42,333 bases of DNA, taken from the NCBI RefSeq assembly GCF_001186125.1, contig NW_014039837.1:5172-47504 (forward strand), read 5' to 3'. This document shows, one piece after another, positions 24,820-38,355 of the stretch. Source of the stretch: Sphaeroforma arctica JP610. Its lineage: Eukaryota. Position 1 is the stretch's first letter. The number at the start of each line of letters is the position of its first letter. The notes under the pieces are model-generated. The model was given only the letters and a program-made list of their open reading frames with translations. It searched no databases and had not been told where the DNA came from. The translations under genes were made by a program, and so were the position numbers.

Positions 24820-26062
24820 TGTCACGAGCATGTATACAAATTTGGGAACAAACTCTTATAGGCATCGGTTGGTGCTTGGCTATACGTTGCCAGAAGTGAG
24901 TATCCCTATACGAAGCGATCCACAGGTGGAATACTTGAGCAGAGAACTACCTGGAGAAGCAGTTACAGCTTCTGTTGACTCAGACATGCCGGTCTATGAG
25001 GGTAAAGATATTTGTTTCTTTCTGAATGTAGGGGCTGCTAAGACGCGGCCATTTATGTTTCGTGTTTGTATGTGCACACACGGTGTTTTAAACTCCGAGG
25101 GTCTAAGTGAGGCGGAGCTCATAACACGCTCCTTATTGATAGGGTGTGAGTACACCTGCTACCTTTAAGCGTCAAGAACAGCCCACTGTTTCAAATACAA
25201 TTGAAACATATACATTGGTCTCGAGTACATACTTAACTGTGCATAAATGGAAACGCAAACAAATTCGATACCGTACTCGCCGCCCTCAAGAATGGTCTTA
25301 GAAACCATTTAAACGCCCAGTGTGAATCTTCGTTCAGGACTGCAATACGTGTATACAGGAATGCTTTAATGTACCACATGTGTAGCACTAAATGGTGATC
25401 GAATATCAGGAGACCGTGTATGTCATAATATTGCTACTGTCCTGATGATTATATACCGTTTGCAAAATGTGAACAAGCATAAGAAAGGCGGACGGTGTTT
25501 ACGAATTATCACAGATATACAAGCACACATCCGTACCTGTTGCTCAGAACAAGTAGTATCAGCTTCCGGTCGTAAGGGTAACCCTATTTTGACACGGATT
25601 GCAATAGCGTTGCGGTACCACAAACTAAAATGAATTAGCATTCCTCTCCTAGCTTGTGTACCGTCGCTGAACGCTGTCTATATCACAAAGCGCTAATATC
25701 GCGAACTCAGAATGCCGCTCGGATGGAGGCTTACGCAAAGACTGAAGCAAGAGGATGATCAAGTGCTCGAAGGGTACTGTGCATGTTCACTAGATGCTGG
25801 TAGGCGATGTGTGCATGTAGCTGCCCTTGTATGGGCAATACAGCAAGCAACGTGGGGAAAGTTATCGTCAGATGAAGATGATCTGTCTACAAGCAAGCCA
25901 AGTAAGTGGAATGTATCCTCAGGCAATCATAATGACGATATTGAGAAATTTCTGACCACGATCATAGTTAAGAAGCCTCGTACTGCATTCAGCAAACAAG
26001 ACCAATTGATTGCTGCTGTATACGGTACAAGAGTATCAGATATAATGGCCACGAGACCGTGA
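24820..26062 (+). pseudogene. XPG-I-type nuclease + SWIM zinc-finger ORF, copy 2 (5' truncated)
   Basis: DPQVEYLSRE..TASVDSDMPVYEG..LLIGCEY, then GYCACSLDAGRRCVHVAALVWAI (SWIM CxCxnCxH) and STSKPSKWNV. Confidence 0.75.
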
Positions 26063-26256
26063 GAGGCTAGCACCGACAGACAAATTAGACAATGGCAGAC
26101 TAAACAAATATTTAAACTAAATTATGATCTTTCCATGGTACTGAAAAATAGCTTTGGGAACGCCGCAAATAGTGGGGTTTGTACGGTAATATTGCAGAGT
26201 CCTATCACCTAAAAAAAAGGAAGTGATGCATAGGGCGGGCCATAGGTTACCTGATT

Positions 26257-27773
26257 TTAAAACTTCAATTTCAATAAACATATGATATCTGTTAGATAAA
26301 AGCATATATCAGCTACGATACAGAAGTGTAAATCTACAAGCTTTACTTCGTCTGCTGACATTTTAAAGATCTTAGCTCTTCGGTTTACCCTTTCAATATA
26401 AATACAAGAAGATGCAATCTTCTTCGTCTCGGTATTCTGTTCTATTGTAAAATGGCCGTCTTTTGAAAGCATCTTCAGTAAATAATATTTGACTCTATCC
26501 TGTAACAGCGCGTCAATGTGGAAGTCTTTATCCCTCATGCAACGACACCGTGGCAATAATTTATCCAGTAAGGCTTTTTGGCACAATTTTGATATTCTTT
26601 TATCACTGATTTTGTCTGCATATAAAGAGGAGGCAAACACGCAATGTCCCGTTTGCGGTGTTTATATTCACTCCAGGTCGCTGCCTGAAGATTGAGATTC
26701 GAAGATGTTTCTCAGAAAGACTCTGTACAGTTTCATACGAATGCTTTTGTTGCATATCCACCACCCTTGGAACACGGAAGTCTCAAGCCATTTACAAGAC
26801 TTGGATTCATTAGTGCCAATGGAGTTCGCGCCGGAGTTTGAAAAACGATAACATCACCATATTTATATCGTTAAGGATATTGGACGTCGTTTGGGTACAA
26901 TTCAACTCGTATAATTGGTCACAATCCCCTGCTCCAGATTGCGCCGCACTCTACAGAACCACATAACTACTGTGTCCTCAAACCCTAAGCCGACCTGGAA
27001 TGAAATTCTCCCCGTGCGCCTTTAATTGTTTCATAAACACATTGAATTTCGTATTGCTCTGGATTACAGTCCAATAGCACCGATATGTTTATAATTCAAT
27101 TTAGCTACAGTGGTAGAATCAACTTCAACTTTCTGCATTTGAAACTTCAGTCGAAGTTCCTCGAGTTCCTTGCTAGCCACCCTTACTTTGTCTTCTGCAT
27201 ACTTTACTTGAAGTGACATCGTTTCATTGAACTCTTTATCATTGTCCACCAATTTAGAGTGCAAACCATCGATTTCTATACGCCTCTTTACAACTTTAGT
27301 CACAGCGTTCCCAACAGCCTTTGATTGCGCTTTTAATTGATTTGCGGGTTCGACGAGTGTTTGTATACTAGTCCGTAGGCCAGTTCTCGATCTTTAGATC
27401 GATTACTTGTCTAAACCAAGGGTGCATCCTTTTCCTATATCTCATCTGCGATAAGCAGTAGTTGAGCCTCGCGCTCTTTTTCCTTCTCAATGTTATCCTC
27501 TACGGTGTGTGTGACTGTACGTTGGTATTCATCACGCTTCAGGGGAACAGCATCTGGTGTCAACGTGTATAGCTGATTTTCCTTACGTAGAAACTGTATA
27601 TCAATTTGCTTTTGACACCATCTGTGACATTTGTATATTTCTATGTACACTGACCACCAGGCTTCATACGGCCTAACTTTGTCAACCACGTAACAAATCA
27701 AGATACTGGTTGAATTGGTTGGATAGCCATGCTTGATTGCATCAGAACAATACTCTGCCGCACACCTACCCAT
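26257..27773 (-). pseudogene. ISL2EU/PHIS (DDE_Tnp_4-type) transposase: THAP-like, coiled coil, HTH, DDE
   Basis: MGRCAAEYC..LTPDAVP (THAP-like); LGFEDTVVMWFCRVRRNL (HTH region); NCTESF*ETSSNLNLQAATWSEYKH; FASSLYADKISDK; MRDKDF; ETKKIASSCIYIERVNRRAKIFKM. These match the IDCTE/YK/SD/ADKGF/RIHVER motifs of this family. Confidence 0.85.
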
Positions 27774-28039
27774 CGTGTAATCATTATGCGTTTCAAACGC
27801 CCTTATTACCACGGGCAGCGTCATGAAAATATATCAGTGTCTGAATACTATACAGTCATATATTTGCCAGTAGAACATATCAAGTACGATATCAACCCTC
27901 GCGCAGTCGCTTCTGCTGACTGAAAGCTGCGCAATGGCCGTTAAAGTTCGACTAGTGTATCAACTAAATCACAAATTATCCACAATCACCTGCACTGGCT
28001 GCCAGTCACGGTCGCCGCCTCGATTTACACATTACGCGA

Positions 28040-29294
28040 TGCCATAATTACAGGGCGGTACCGCAAGGAGGGCAGGACAATCGGCCACGTACGACAGACC
28101 TAGGCAGGCAGCACCGCGAACAACAATCGGTACAACGCACAGCATCTACGCCAGCGCAAGGACAGTCACCACAAGCACACGTATCAGAACAAGCAGCTTG
28201 CTCCCACCTCTGCAGCACCACAAGTCAGCGTAGTCACGCACGATGAATCTGAGCAGGAGCCATCTTCGGCAACAGAGGTACATATTAAATCCATTCTCGC
28301 GGATGACTATAAGCAACCCGACGAAACAACCTCGACCCCACCACAATCAGCTTGGGCACTTATACCAATGTAACTCAGAGACATGAGGGTGTCCGATGAT
28401 AATGTGGCACTCATGTTTACACATCCAATCAATGCAATATCGGCAATTCTTGACCCTCTGCTGACATCAGACAACCGCGTCTACATACAATTGCAGGCGA
28501 ATGGTCGGACATTCAGAGCATGGGCGCGAACCTGAGTTGCATCGCACGAACATCCGCAGACCTCCTAGGACGTCCGATCACTACACCCCAAATTTCTTAT
28601 TATGCTTAGCGGACAAAGATGTGCGAACTCCTCGACTGGGGACGACGGGAGTGGTTCCGATTGGATTCGGTACTGAAATCATCAACGGATCTTTGGAATT
28701 TATGAACTCGCCTGACAGCATCGACATTATTCTAGAATTAGATATGATGCCAGGCCTAGGTTTTTACAAAGGGGGTACACAGTCCCCTCTCGCTTTATTG
28801 ACCTAACCGATCTCGATGACCTTCTCATATCAATGGCCCGTTGCCAAGCCCCCAACACCACCAAACCAAACGGTGTACGGGCACAACTAGATACAGAACT
28901 CTGAAACAAACGCTGCCATTGCAGACAATACATGCTGTCGTCTAAAGGGGAGCGAGGTCGCTATACTAGTGACACGCGAACAGATCATGAGCATGAGGAG
29001 AACCACACGCAACTTTGTATCCGATAGGTGGTTACCGTATGTCGACATCCAAGTACAGAAATGGTTGAACGACCTGGTTGTCATGATGCGCACGACAACG
29101 ACGACAGTGAATCTACTACCGATAGCAGTTCCTACTTTCGACAATGAAGGCAAAGTAAAGAAGTTACGAGCACGTTTCGACAGGAGAGCCGTCAACGCAC
29201 TCTTACCACGCGACCAGTTCTTGGTATCCAAGGACAATGAGACCATCTCCTTAAGAGTAGGAAGTATTACACACCACTAGATATATCGGCAGCA
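28040..29294 (+). pseudogene. Ty3/gypsy remnant: protease region and N-terminal half of RT
   Basis: DIILELDMMPGLG (cf. DxILGxD), VQKWLND, KKLRARFDRRAVNALLPRDQF (cf. KxRxCxDxRxxN..DxF), LDISAA (RT motif A). Confidence 0.7.
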
Positions 29295-29625
29295 GACCGT
29301 ATGCTACCTATACACATCCTTCGACGATACCTTCTTCCCTAAAATCATGACTTCGGCAGTCGCAAAGTGACACTTTGTTGTGCTCATCTTGAAGTTAAGG
29401 TACGTTAGGTGTCTGATAACCTCCTTCACTGTAGCGATGTGCTCTTCACGATTGTCACCGGCGATCGCTATGTCCTCAATGTAGTGATGTACTGGCAATC
29501 CGACTAACCTCGCACTCAGGGTGCGTTGAAGTGGCTATGTTAATACATGGGAGTGCAAACGGTGAGGATGTGAACGAGGACTAATATATGTCAGGCGTCA
29601 AGCTGAAGAGGTATCTGGCGTTGGG
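29295..29625 (-). pseudogene. Inverted gypsy RT core fragment
   Basis: PFAL..LQRTL..HYIEDIAIAGDNREEH..LNFKMSTTKCHF..VMILGKKVS (YxDD decayed to YIED). Confidence 0.85.
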
Positions 29626-29634
29626 TTACTAAAC

Positions 29635-32600
29635 CCAATACACAAAATTGACGCTGTGGGTAGAATGAGCTAGCAATCGAGTATTCTCGCACGAAACGTC
29701 ATAAAAGTACATACCTTTCAGGCTTCCTGAAACAGCAGCCGACCGTGACTGTAATATCAGTTTCAACATTCGTGAGTGCAGAATCAGTCCATGCATACTT
29801 ACATGGAGCATGAGTGTTTCGTTGTCAACTTCTATACTTCGACAGCATAAAAACATACACACGACTCTTCTCACACACTAAGTAGTATGTTCAAAGCTTC
29901 GTGATACTGCCGGCAAGCTGGACACACTCGATAATTGGCACAGGTTTTAAAATATATACACAGGTTTTTTCAGCGGTTTAGGAATTCAGACTATCTGCTG
30001 CATTGTAAGCAAATGCTTAAAATTGAATATTAGTGAATCTCATATAGTCGTATATTCCAGAAGGTCGTGTACACTATTAAATTGCGAAGACGTTCGCTTG
30101 TATACCGCGTTTGTTCACAATGTGAGATTCGTGTACAAAAGTATAGTTGCACACTTTGACGATTCATCATACTATCGTACTGCACTGACCATATGGCTAC
30201 ATATCAATTCCAAAAATCTTGATGCGCAATAGAAAAGCATGCTCGGTCTGTTGCAAAGGAACACTCAACAAGCGACAAATGTCAACGCGTGTTTCAAATT
30301 AGCACTACACAATGCACTCAATTAACACACCGCAAACAATACCACACACGGTCATTCAGCTGAAAATTTGTAAAATACAGACCTTCTTCATATGACAATG
30401 AAGGAATATCACTAGGCACGCAGCATAGGCGTATCAATCGAGAACCATGCATGTGATAAACAAACAAACAAACGACAAAAGCACAGACAAACAAAACAAT
30501 TGATGGACCAACGAAAATCACCCCACCCCCCTCTTAAACACATAAACGAATAAACAACACACAAAAAACAATCATCAATAAACAAATGAACAACAAGTGA
30601 ATAAATGAATGGAATAAAAAGCGAACAAATAAACAAACAAACAAACACACTGAACAACTGAACGAACACATAAGATATGGGGAAAACGTCACAGACACAC
30701 GCATGTCTGAAGCATACCAAAAATCAGAGACTCGCCATCGGACACTGATTAACAACTTACATCCACGTCTTCATACTCACATCATGTACCGACGTAATCA
30801 CACCCACGAGATAACACCCGCTGCAAACCACTCTGTGAATGACACGTTACACCATGTACACGGCGTACGTGGCACTCCAAGACGGCTTACATACGGAGTC
30901 TTTGGCGTCCATGTTGACCCTCCACTGCAGAAGAAGCTGCACCACTTCTTTGTGACCACTCATTTCGGCATGAAGCAGTGGTGTTATCTCACCCTGACGG
31001 AGTGAAAAAAGAAACAGTCGTGCACTGTGAAAACGATATAGTATAGAAATAGATAGTATTACATATATAACATTGCTTCGGTAAAAAAACAAACTAGAAA
31101 GTATATATTTTTAATCGTACTATCTTCGCACACAATACACAAAACTGATGCTGTGGGTATAATTAGCTAGCAATTGAGTATTTTTACACGAAACGTCATA
31201 TAAGTGCATGAGGACTCTTCTCACCGCCTATTTAGTATCATCTAACTTCTGTGTTACTGCCGACATGCTGGACAGACACGATAATTGGCACAGGTTCAAA
31301 AATATATACACAGGTTGTGCATCAGTGAAGAAGATGAGACAATCTCGCTGCCCTTCCATACGACCACCGCAAAGAGTCATTTAGACTATCTGCTGCATAC
31401 TACAGGCAAATGCTTGAAGACTCAGTGTTAGGGAGCCTCATATAGTCGTAATCAAGTAGGCCGTGTACATGCAATCAAATTGCGGAGACGCACACCTGGC
31501 ATACCGTGTTTGTTCACAATGCGTGATTCGAGTCCGAAAGTACATTTGCACCCCTTGACGATTCATCATACTATTGTACAATACTGAGCATATGACCATA
31601 TAAGAATTCTACGAATGTTGATTCCCAATATAAAATTATGCTCGATCTGTTGCGAAGAAACACGTTGATCAACAACCGTATCAATCGAAAACCATGCATG
31701 TGGTAGGCAAAGAATTACATAACAAACGCACAGACAAACAAAAAATTGGAGTAACCACGAACAACTAACAAACAACAACCAACAAACAATAAACTTAAGA
31801 ACAAATAGGCAAACAAATGAATGAACAAACAAGCGAACAAACCAACAAACGAACGCACCAAACACAGCACGAGCAAGCTGACAAACAGACAACATACAAA
31901 AGCATTGACACACACGGTCAAATGATGCAGCCCGTATACTATGTAGATACCTACTACATATTCATCGATAACGCGAATGTATCTACGCTTTCAGTTATAT
32001 TGACCATCATTTTATGGCTCACTATGTAAGTGTACTTCGTTTAATGGGTAGACACATCGACAGAGATCTAAACTAGTCACACAACGAGTTCGTCACTCAG
32101 GCGTGACATATCAAATCATAGTTAACGCCTCTCACACAACAATACCAGCATTGTTCACCAGTTTGACAGATTGTATCATTTTGAAAATGACACGAATTTT
32201 CTCCCATCCGTATGTACCAAGATATGCTCAGCATATATACGGATATATCTGTATCAATATCTGTAATAGAAAACCGAGGCATTCTATCACTTGCTGCTAC
32301 ACTACTACCGAGCATTATGACTTTACCATGGCGTAGCTTCAAGTACAGGAACAATATGCCTTGCGACAGTGTACATAGAACAAATCGATAAATCACACAT
32401 ATGATATAGGGGAAATGTTACAGACCCATGCATATCTGAAGCATTCTGAAAATCAAAGATTCGCCATCGGACATCGAGTAACAACTTGCATCAACGATTA
32501 CATGCTCACACCATGTACCCACCTGCTTACACACGCTCAAGATATCACTCGCTGCAAACGACTCTGTAAATGACACATTGAGCCATGCACATGGCGCGTG

Positions 32601-35600
32601 AGGTACTTCAAGGCCGCTTACATTCGTTGTCTTTGGCCTCCTCGTTGGCATTCCACTCCAGGAGCAGCTCCGCAGCTTCTCTGTGGCCATTATAACAAGC
32701 TGTAAGCAGTGGCGTCATCCAATTCTGACAGTCGTGCACTATGAGAACCAAATCACATATGTTACTTATGCAGGTGTGCACCCACCACAACACCCGCCAT
32801 CGCAACAGACTATATAGAGACAGTTAATAATACACAAATAATGAGTGATATGCAGAAATGCCCAATTTCATTCACGGTAAAACTAGAAGAAGCGCGTTGA
32901 AAATCGTCACATTGGAGCAGAGGTCGATAATCATTCGAAATACAGCACCACATATCTTCATTGTGAACTACTGTCACAGACCACCGCACAAACTGAATTA
33001 GTACAATATTGCTTCGGCGAAGAACAAAAAGGAAAGCACATATTTTGAATCGTACTGCAAAACTGACGCTATAGGTATAATAAAAAGAAATAGAGTATTC
33101 TCACACGAAACGTCATGAAAGAGCACGACTTTTACACTTCTTTGAAACAACAGCCGACTATAACTGCAATATCAGTATCAACATTCGCGAGTGCCTAATT
33201 AGCCCATGCATACTTATTGGAGCATAGGTGTGTTGTTGTCTATATTTGGAGAGTATAAAAAATATACACGACTGTTCTCTCCACCCAAGTAGTACGTTCT
33301 AACTTTGGTGCTATTGCCGACAAGCTGGACACGCACGATAATTGGCACAGGTTAATTGCGTAAAACTCGATTTTTTAACGCGATGCCATTTTTGGCAATG
33401 CTTGCGCACGGCAATGCTTCGGAACCAATAGTCTGTTATTCTCAAGTAATAGCGTGTTTGAAAGCAAATATCCAAAAGAACAAGCCTGGAGCAATATAAA
33501 TAACATATTGACTAATAATAGTAGAGTTATATCCATGAGAGTACACCTAATGTTTTGCACTCCTTGACGATTTTTCATACTATTGTATTGCACTGGTCAT
33601 ATGGCTACATATCAATTCTACGAATCTTGATGCGCAATAGAAAAACATGTTCGGTCTGTTGCGAAGAAACACTCGACAAAAAGAAACAATCAACAACCGT
33701 ATCAATCGAGAACCATGCATGTGATACACAAACAAACAAACAATAAACAATCATAAAAACAAAATAACAGGCCAACGAACAACTAAATGAACAAATGAAC
33801 GGATAAATAAGCGAAAAATCAAACAAAACAAACAAAACAAACAACAAAACGCACGAACACACTGACAAAAAAAACAAAAACTACTGGCAGTCAAGAAAAT
33901 ATACTAACGGACGCATGATCGAGCTCGTATACAATTAAAACACGTACTATATATTTATCGGTAATGCGAATGTTACTAGGCTTTTATTATTTTGACCGTA
34001 ATTGTATGGTTCACTATGTGAGTGTGCTTTGACTACCACGTACACACATCCACAGAGATCTAAACCGGACACACCACGAGTTCGCAGAATTGACTCAGGC
34101 GTGACAACTCAGATAATTTTGAACGTGTCACACACGTGACCATAAGGATTGTTTATCATCGTGACAGACTATATCAGATTAAAAATATTACGAGTCTTGT
34201 CTCATACGTATGTACGAAGATATGCACAGCATATATACGGCTATTTTTTGTTCGAGAATAGAAAACCAAGACATCCTATTACCTGCTGCTACACTACTAC
34301 CAAGTATCATGTCTTTACTTTGTTACTTTGGCGTAGCATCAAGTACAGAAACAATAAGCATTCCGACAGTGTACATAGAGAAAATTTAAAAATCACACAT
34401 ACGATATGGAGTAAACGTCAATGAAACACACATGTCTGAAGCAAACGGAAAACAGAGATTCGCCAAGGGACATTGACTAACAACTTGCATCAACGGCTCC
34501 GTATTCACATCATGTACTCGCATGTATACGCACACACGAAATAACAATCGCTGCATAGCACTCTGCAAATGACATATTAGACTATGCACACTGTTCGAGA
34601 CCGCGTACGTACTTTGTCTTTGGCCTCTACGTCGGCATCCTTCTCTAGGAGAAGCTGCACCACTTCTTTGTGGCCATTCAGACTAGCATAGTGCAGTGCC
34701 GTGCGCCCATTCTGGCGAAATGAAGAAACAAACAGTCGTGCACTGTGAGAACCACATCACTGCTGTTACGCATGCAGCTGTGCACCCACCGCAACATCTG
34801 CCATCACAACCGGTGATATAGCTGCAGATAGTACTACTCGGATATCGCGTGATATACAAATAAGGCACTTTGATACAACATATTAGTATTGGTCTATAGC
34901 ACAAACCTGCACCGCAATACCCAATATCTTTCGCAGTCGCACTCCAAGTAACGCGCTGAAATGAGTAGGTTGGAACAAAGGTTGATAGCATACGAAGCGC
35001 TGTATTGATCACAGTGACAACAGCACACGCGGCAATGGTGTAGTTAACTCAGTCTGTATATATACAGAATCAAAACTAGACTATCCACATACAATACAAA
35101 CACTCCACTTTAATGCCCGTAGCTGCTCAAGGCCACAACACAAGTAGCGCAGAGTGCACATTGTGCATAAATGAACAGAAGACAAATCTTGGAATCTATG
35201 TCAGGAGGAAACATAAACGGCAAAACAATGAGCATATCAGGCAAGCTTTACTTTTAGACGTCAGAATCTTTTTAAGGTGAAAAATCCCTAAACCCTAAAA
35301 CCCCTCCGTCCTGTATACCAGTGACATGAGGCCATCGAGATTGAAACAACAGCGTCAAACAGGACATACACCGCTAAGTGTCTATGATCAAACTACTACA
35401 AATATGGGTGTACTGTAGGTGTCAATCAGTTCTGTGCTCTATAAACATAATCAGTTTGAGAGTGGGATCATGGAGCAAGTGTCAATGCTGTTAAAAAGAA
35501 CATGATATTTACGCCAATGCCCACCTACAACACAGATTGCGCATACACACCATGATAAGGAAAACACAAGAAAACATCAAACATTTATATATCATGATAC

Positions 35601-38355
35601 GAACGGTCTCCTCCCTGGCGAAGAAAAAAGAGCACTACATACGTTTAACAAAGAGTCTGGGTCATTGCGTGCTAAAGTGGTACGAATAGATATTGAATAC
35701 CACAACTATACTACACCACTTGCAATGCCATACTGACTACATATCAGTGTACCTAGCGAGTATCACAACTATACTACACAACTTACAATGCCATACTAGC
35801 TTATTACCAGTGTACATATGTAGCCACTGGAAATGAAAACAAGCAAACAAACCAACAAACTAAATATCAACCATGAAAAATAAACGAACGATCCGTAGCA
35901 AACAGACGAAGGGACGAACAAACACACCAACAAACAAACTAACATACAGTCGAACAAATAATGATGAAAAACATAGTATACAAACGAACAGACGAACAAA
36001 CAAACTAACACACAGACGAACAGCGCAGCATACAAACAAGCGGACGAACATACACACCAACTGAAAAAAATATACATACAGACGAAGCACTAATGGAAAT
36101 AACACAATATAGCTGCAGCAAAGAACAAGCTGGAAAGTGCACATTTTGAATCGTATTATCTTTGTACATTTTTCCACAAAACTGACACTGTGGGTATAAA
36201 TAGCTTGCAATAGAGTATTTTTACACGAAATGTCACATAAGTACATGACTTTCAGACTATCAAAACAACAATAGACTATGACTGCAACAATAGTTTCAAC
36301 ATTCGCGAGTGCCGAGACAACCCATGCATACTTATACTTATTGAAGTATAGGTGTGTTGTTGTCAACTTCTATACTTGGACACATAAACCATACACACGA
36401 CCCTTCTCACCACTCAAGTAGTACATTCTAACCTTTGTGCTATTGCCGACAAGCTGAACACGCACGGTAATTGGCACAGGCTGAAAAACATGAACACAGA
36501 TTGTGCAGCAGTTCACTAGATGAGAAAATATCGTTGTACTTCCATACGACCACCGAAGAGAATCATGTAAACTATCTGCTACCTCCCGCAGGCAAACGAT
36601 AAAAAACTAAACGATATGTTTTCATGTCAAATAGCAGAGACGCACACCTGGCATGCCGTGTTTGTACATAATGTGTGGATCGAGTACGAAAGCACGTTTG
36701 CACTCCTTGACGATTTTTCATACTATTGTATTGCATTGGTCACATGACTACATATCAATACTACGAATCTTGATGCGCAATAGAAATACATACTCGGCCT
36801 GTTGCGAAGAAACACTCGAAAAAAAGTAACAATCAACTACCGTATCAATCAATGTGATACACAAACAAACAAACAATAAACAATCATAAACGAAATAAAT
36901 AGAATATGGCTTCGGCAAAGAACAACTTGGAAAGCGCATATTTAGAACCGTACTATCTTCGCGGGGTGGAATTAGCTAGCAATTGAAACGTCATATAGGT
37001 ACATGATTTTCAGACTTCTTGGAAATAACAGCCGACTGTGACTGTGACATCATCAATTTCAGGGAACAAACAAACATACAACAAACGAACAGACCAGCAA
37101 AAAAATGACGGACCAACGTAAAAATTGTAATCGGACAAACAACAAACAACAAATAACAATCAATAAACGAACAAATGAATGAATGAACAGATAAACAAAT
37201 GAGCGAACCACTGGGCGAACAAACTGACACACAATCAAACAAAGATACAAAATCACTGACAAACATGCAGACCTATTAACGAACAAATGATGCAGCTTGT
37301 ATACCATGTAAATACGTACTAAATATCTATCGGTAACGCGAAATAAATTTTTTTTTTTGTTATATTGACCTTCATTGTATGGCTCAGAGTGTACTTTGAC
37401 TACCGGGTAGTCACATCCACAGAGATCGAAACCAAACGTACCATGAATTGGCAGAATTGACTTGGGCGTGACAGCTCAAAAGCATAGAACACGTCTCTCT
37501 CACATCAATATCAGCATTGTACACCATCATGACAGATAGAACCACCATATAAACAAACCGAGATTTCTGTGGGACTCATGTACCCTGACAAGTCTAACAC
37601 ACATACCCATGTATTTAAACTAGATATCAAGGACAGACATATTTCATCAAACGTTGCTATACCACTAAGAATATGTGCATTATAACTCTGATTTAGTCAT
37701 ACAGACCGAATCAATAAACCTTACGACAGGGTATATAAAGTCAATCAACAAAACAAAAATAAGGGAAAATTGACTGCGACACGCGCATGACTACAGAACA
37801 CCTGAAGTTAAGTGATTCATCTTAGACCCTCAATGATAACTTGCAACGACGAAATTAGCAGACTCACATCATTTACGCAAACGTATGTACACTCACAACG
37901 ATTAAAGAACATATGTGTGGTACTTCATGAACTTTTACCTACGTTGTCTTTGGTCTCAATGTTGGCATCACTTTCCAAGAGTAGCCGCATCACTTCTTTG
38001 TGACCTGCAATACAAGCAAAATGCAGTGGCGTGCATCCATTCTGACGGAGTGAAGAAATAAAAATCGTGCACTATATGAGAACCACATCACTGTTGTTAC
38101 GCATGTAGTTGTGCAACCACCACAACACCTGCAATCACAAGCGATGATATATGTACAGATAGTACGCGTGATATATAGACCTGTCACTTAGCTGCGGCAG
38201 ATTTAGTATTGGTGTATTGCACAAACTTGCGCCGCAATGCCTGATTTCTTCACAACTACACTACGTGTAGTGAGATGGAATACGTAGAAAAATGGGAACA
38301 GAGGTTGACATCATTAGAAATGCTTGGATGACCACGGTGCCAACAGTACACGCGG
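29635..38355. repeat. Tandemly duplicated, mutually homologous intron modules of the ankyrin gene, with (AAAC)n-rich tracts
   Basis: Shared blocks recur, e.g. ataattggcacaggtt (~29931, 31281, 33338; variant 36468), cagagatctaaac (32061, 34053; variant 37420), cacgaaacgtcat (29690, 31187, 33104). Confidence 0.9.

Noticed and set aside
13898..27773. RIP-like or methylation-driven hypermutation of the TEs
   Set aside because: Several stops and LTR differences are transitions, but the sample is too small to distinguish this from ordinary transition bias without a consensus alignment.
30318..37307. Hydrophobic FVCLFV-rich minus-strand ORFs resembling membrane proteins
   Set aside because: Artefacts of (TTTG)n-rich tracts in the ankyrin introns.
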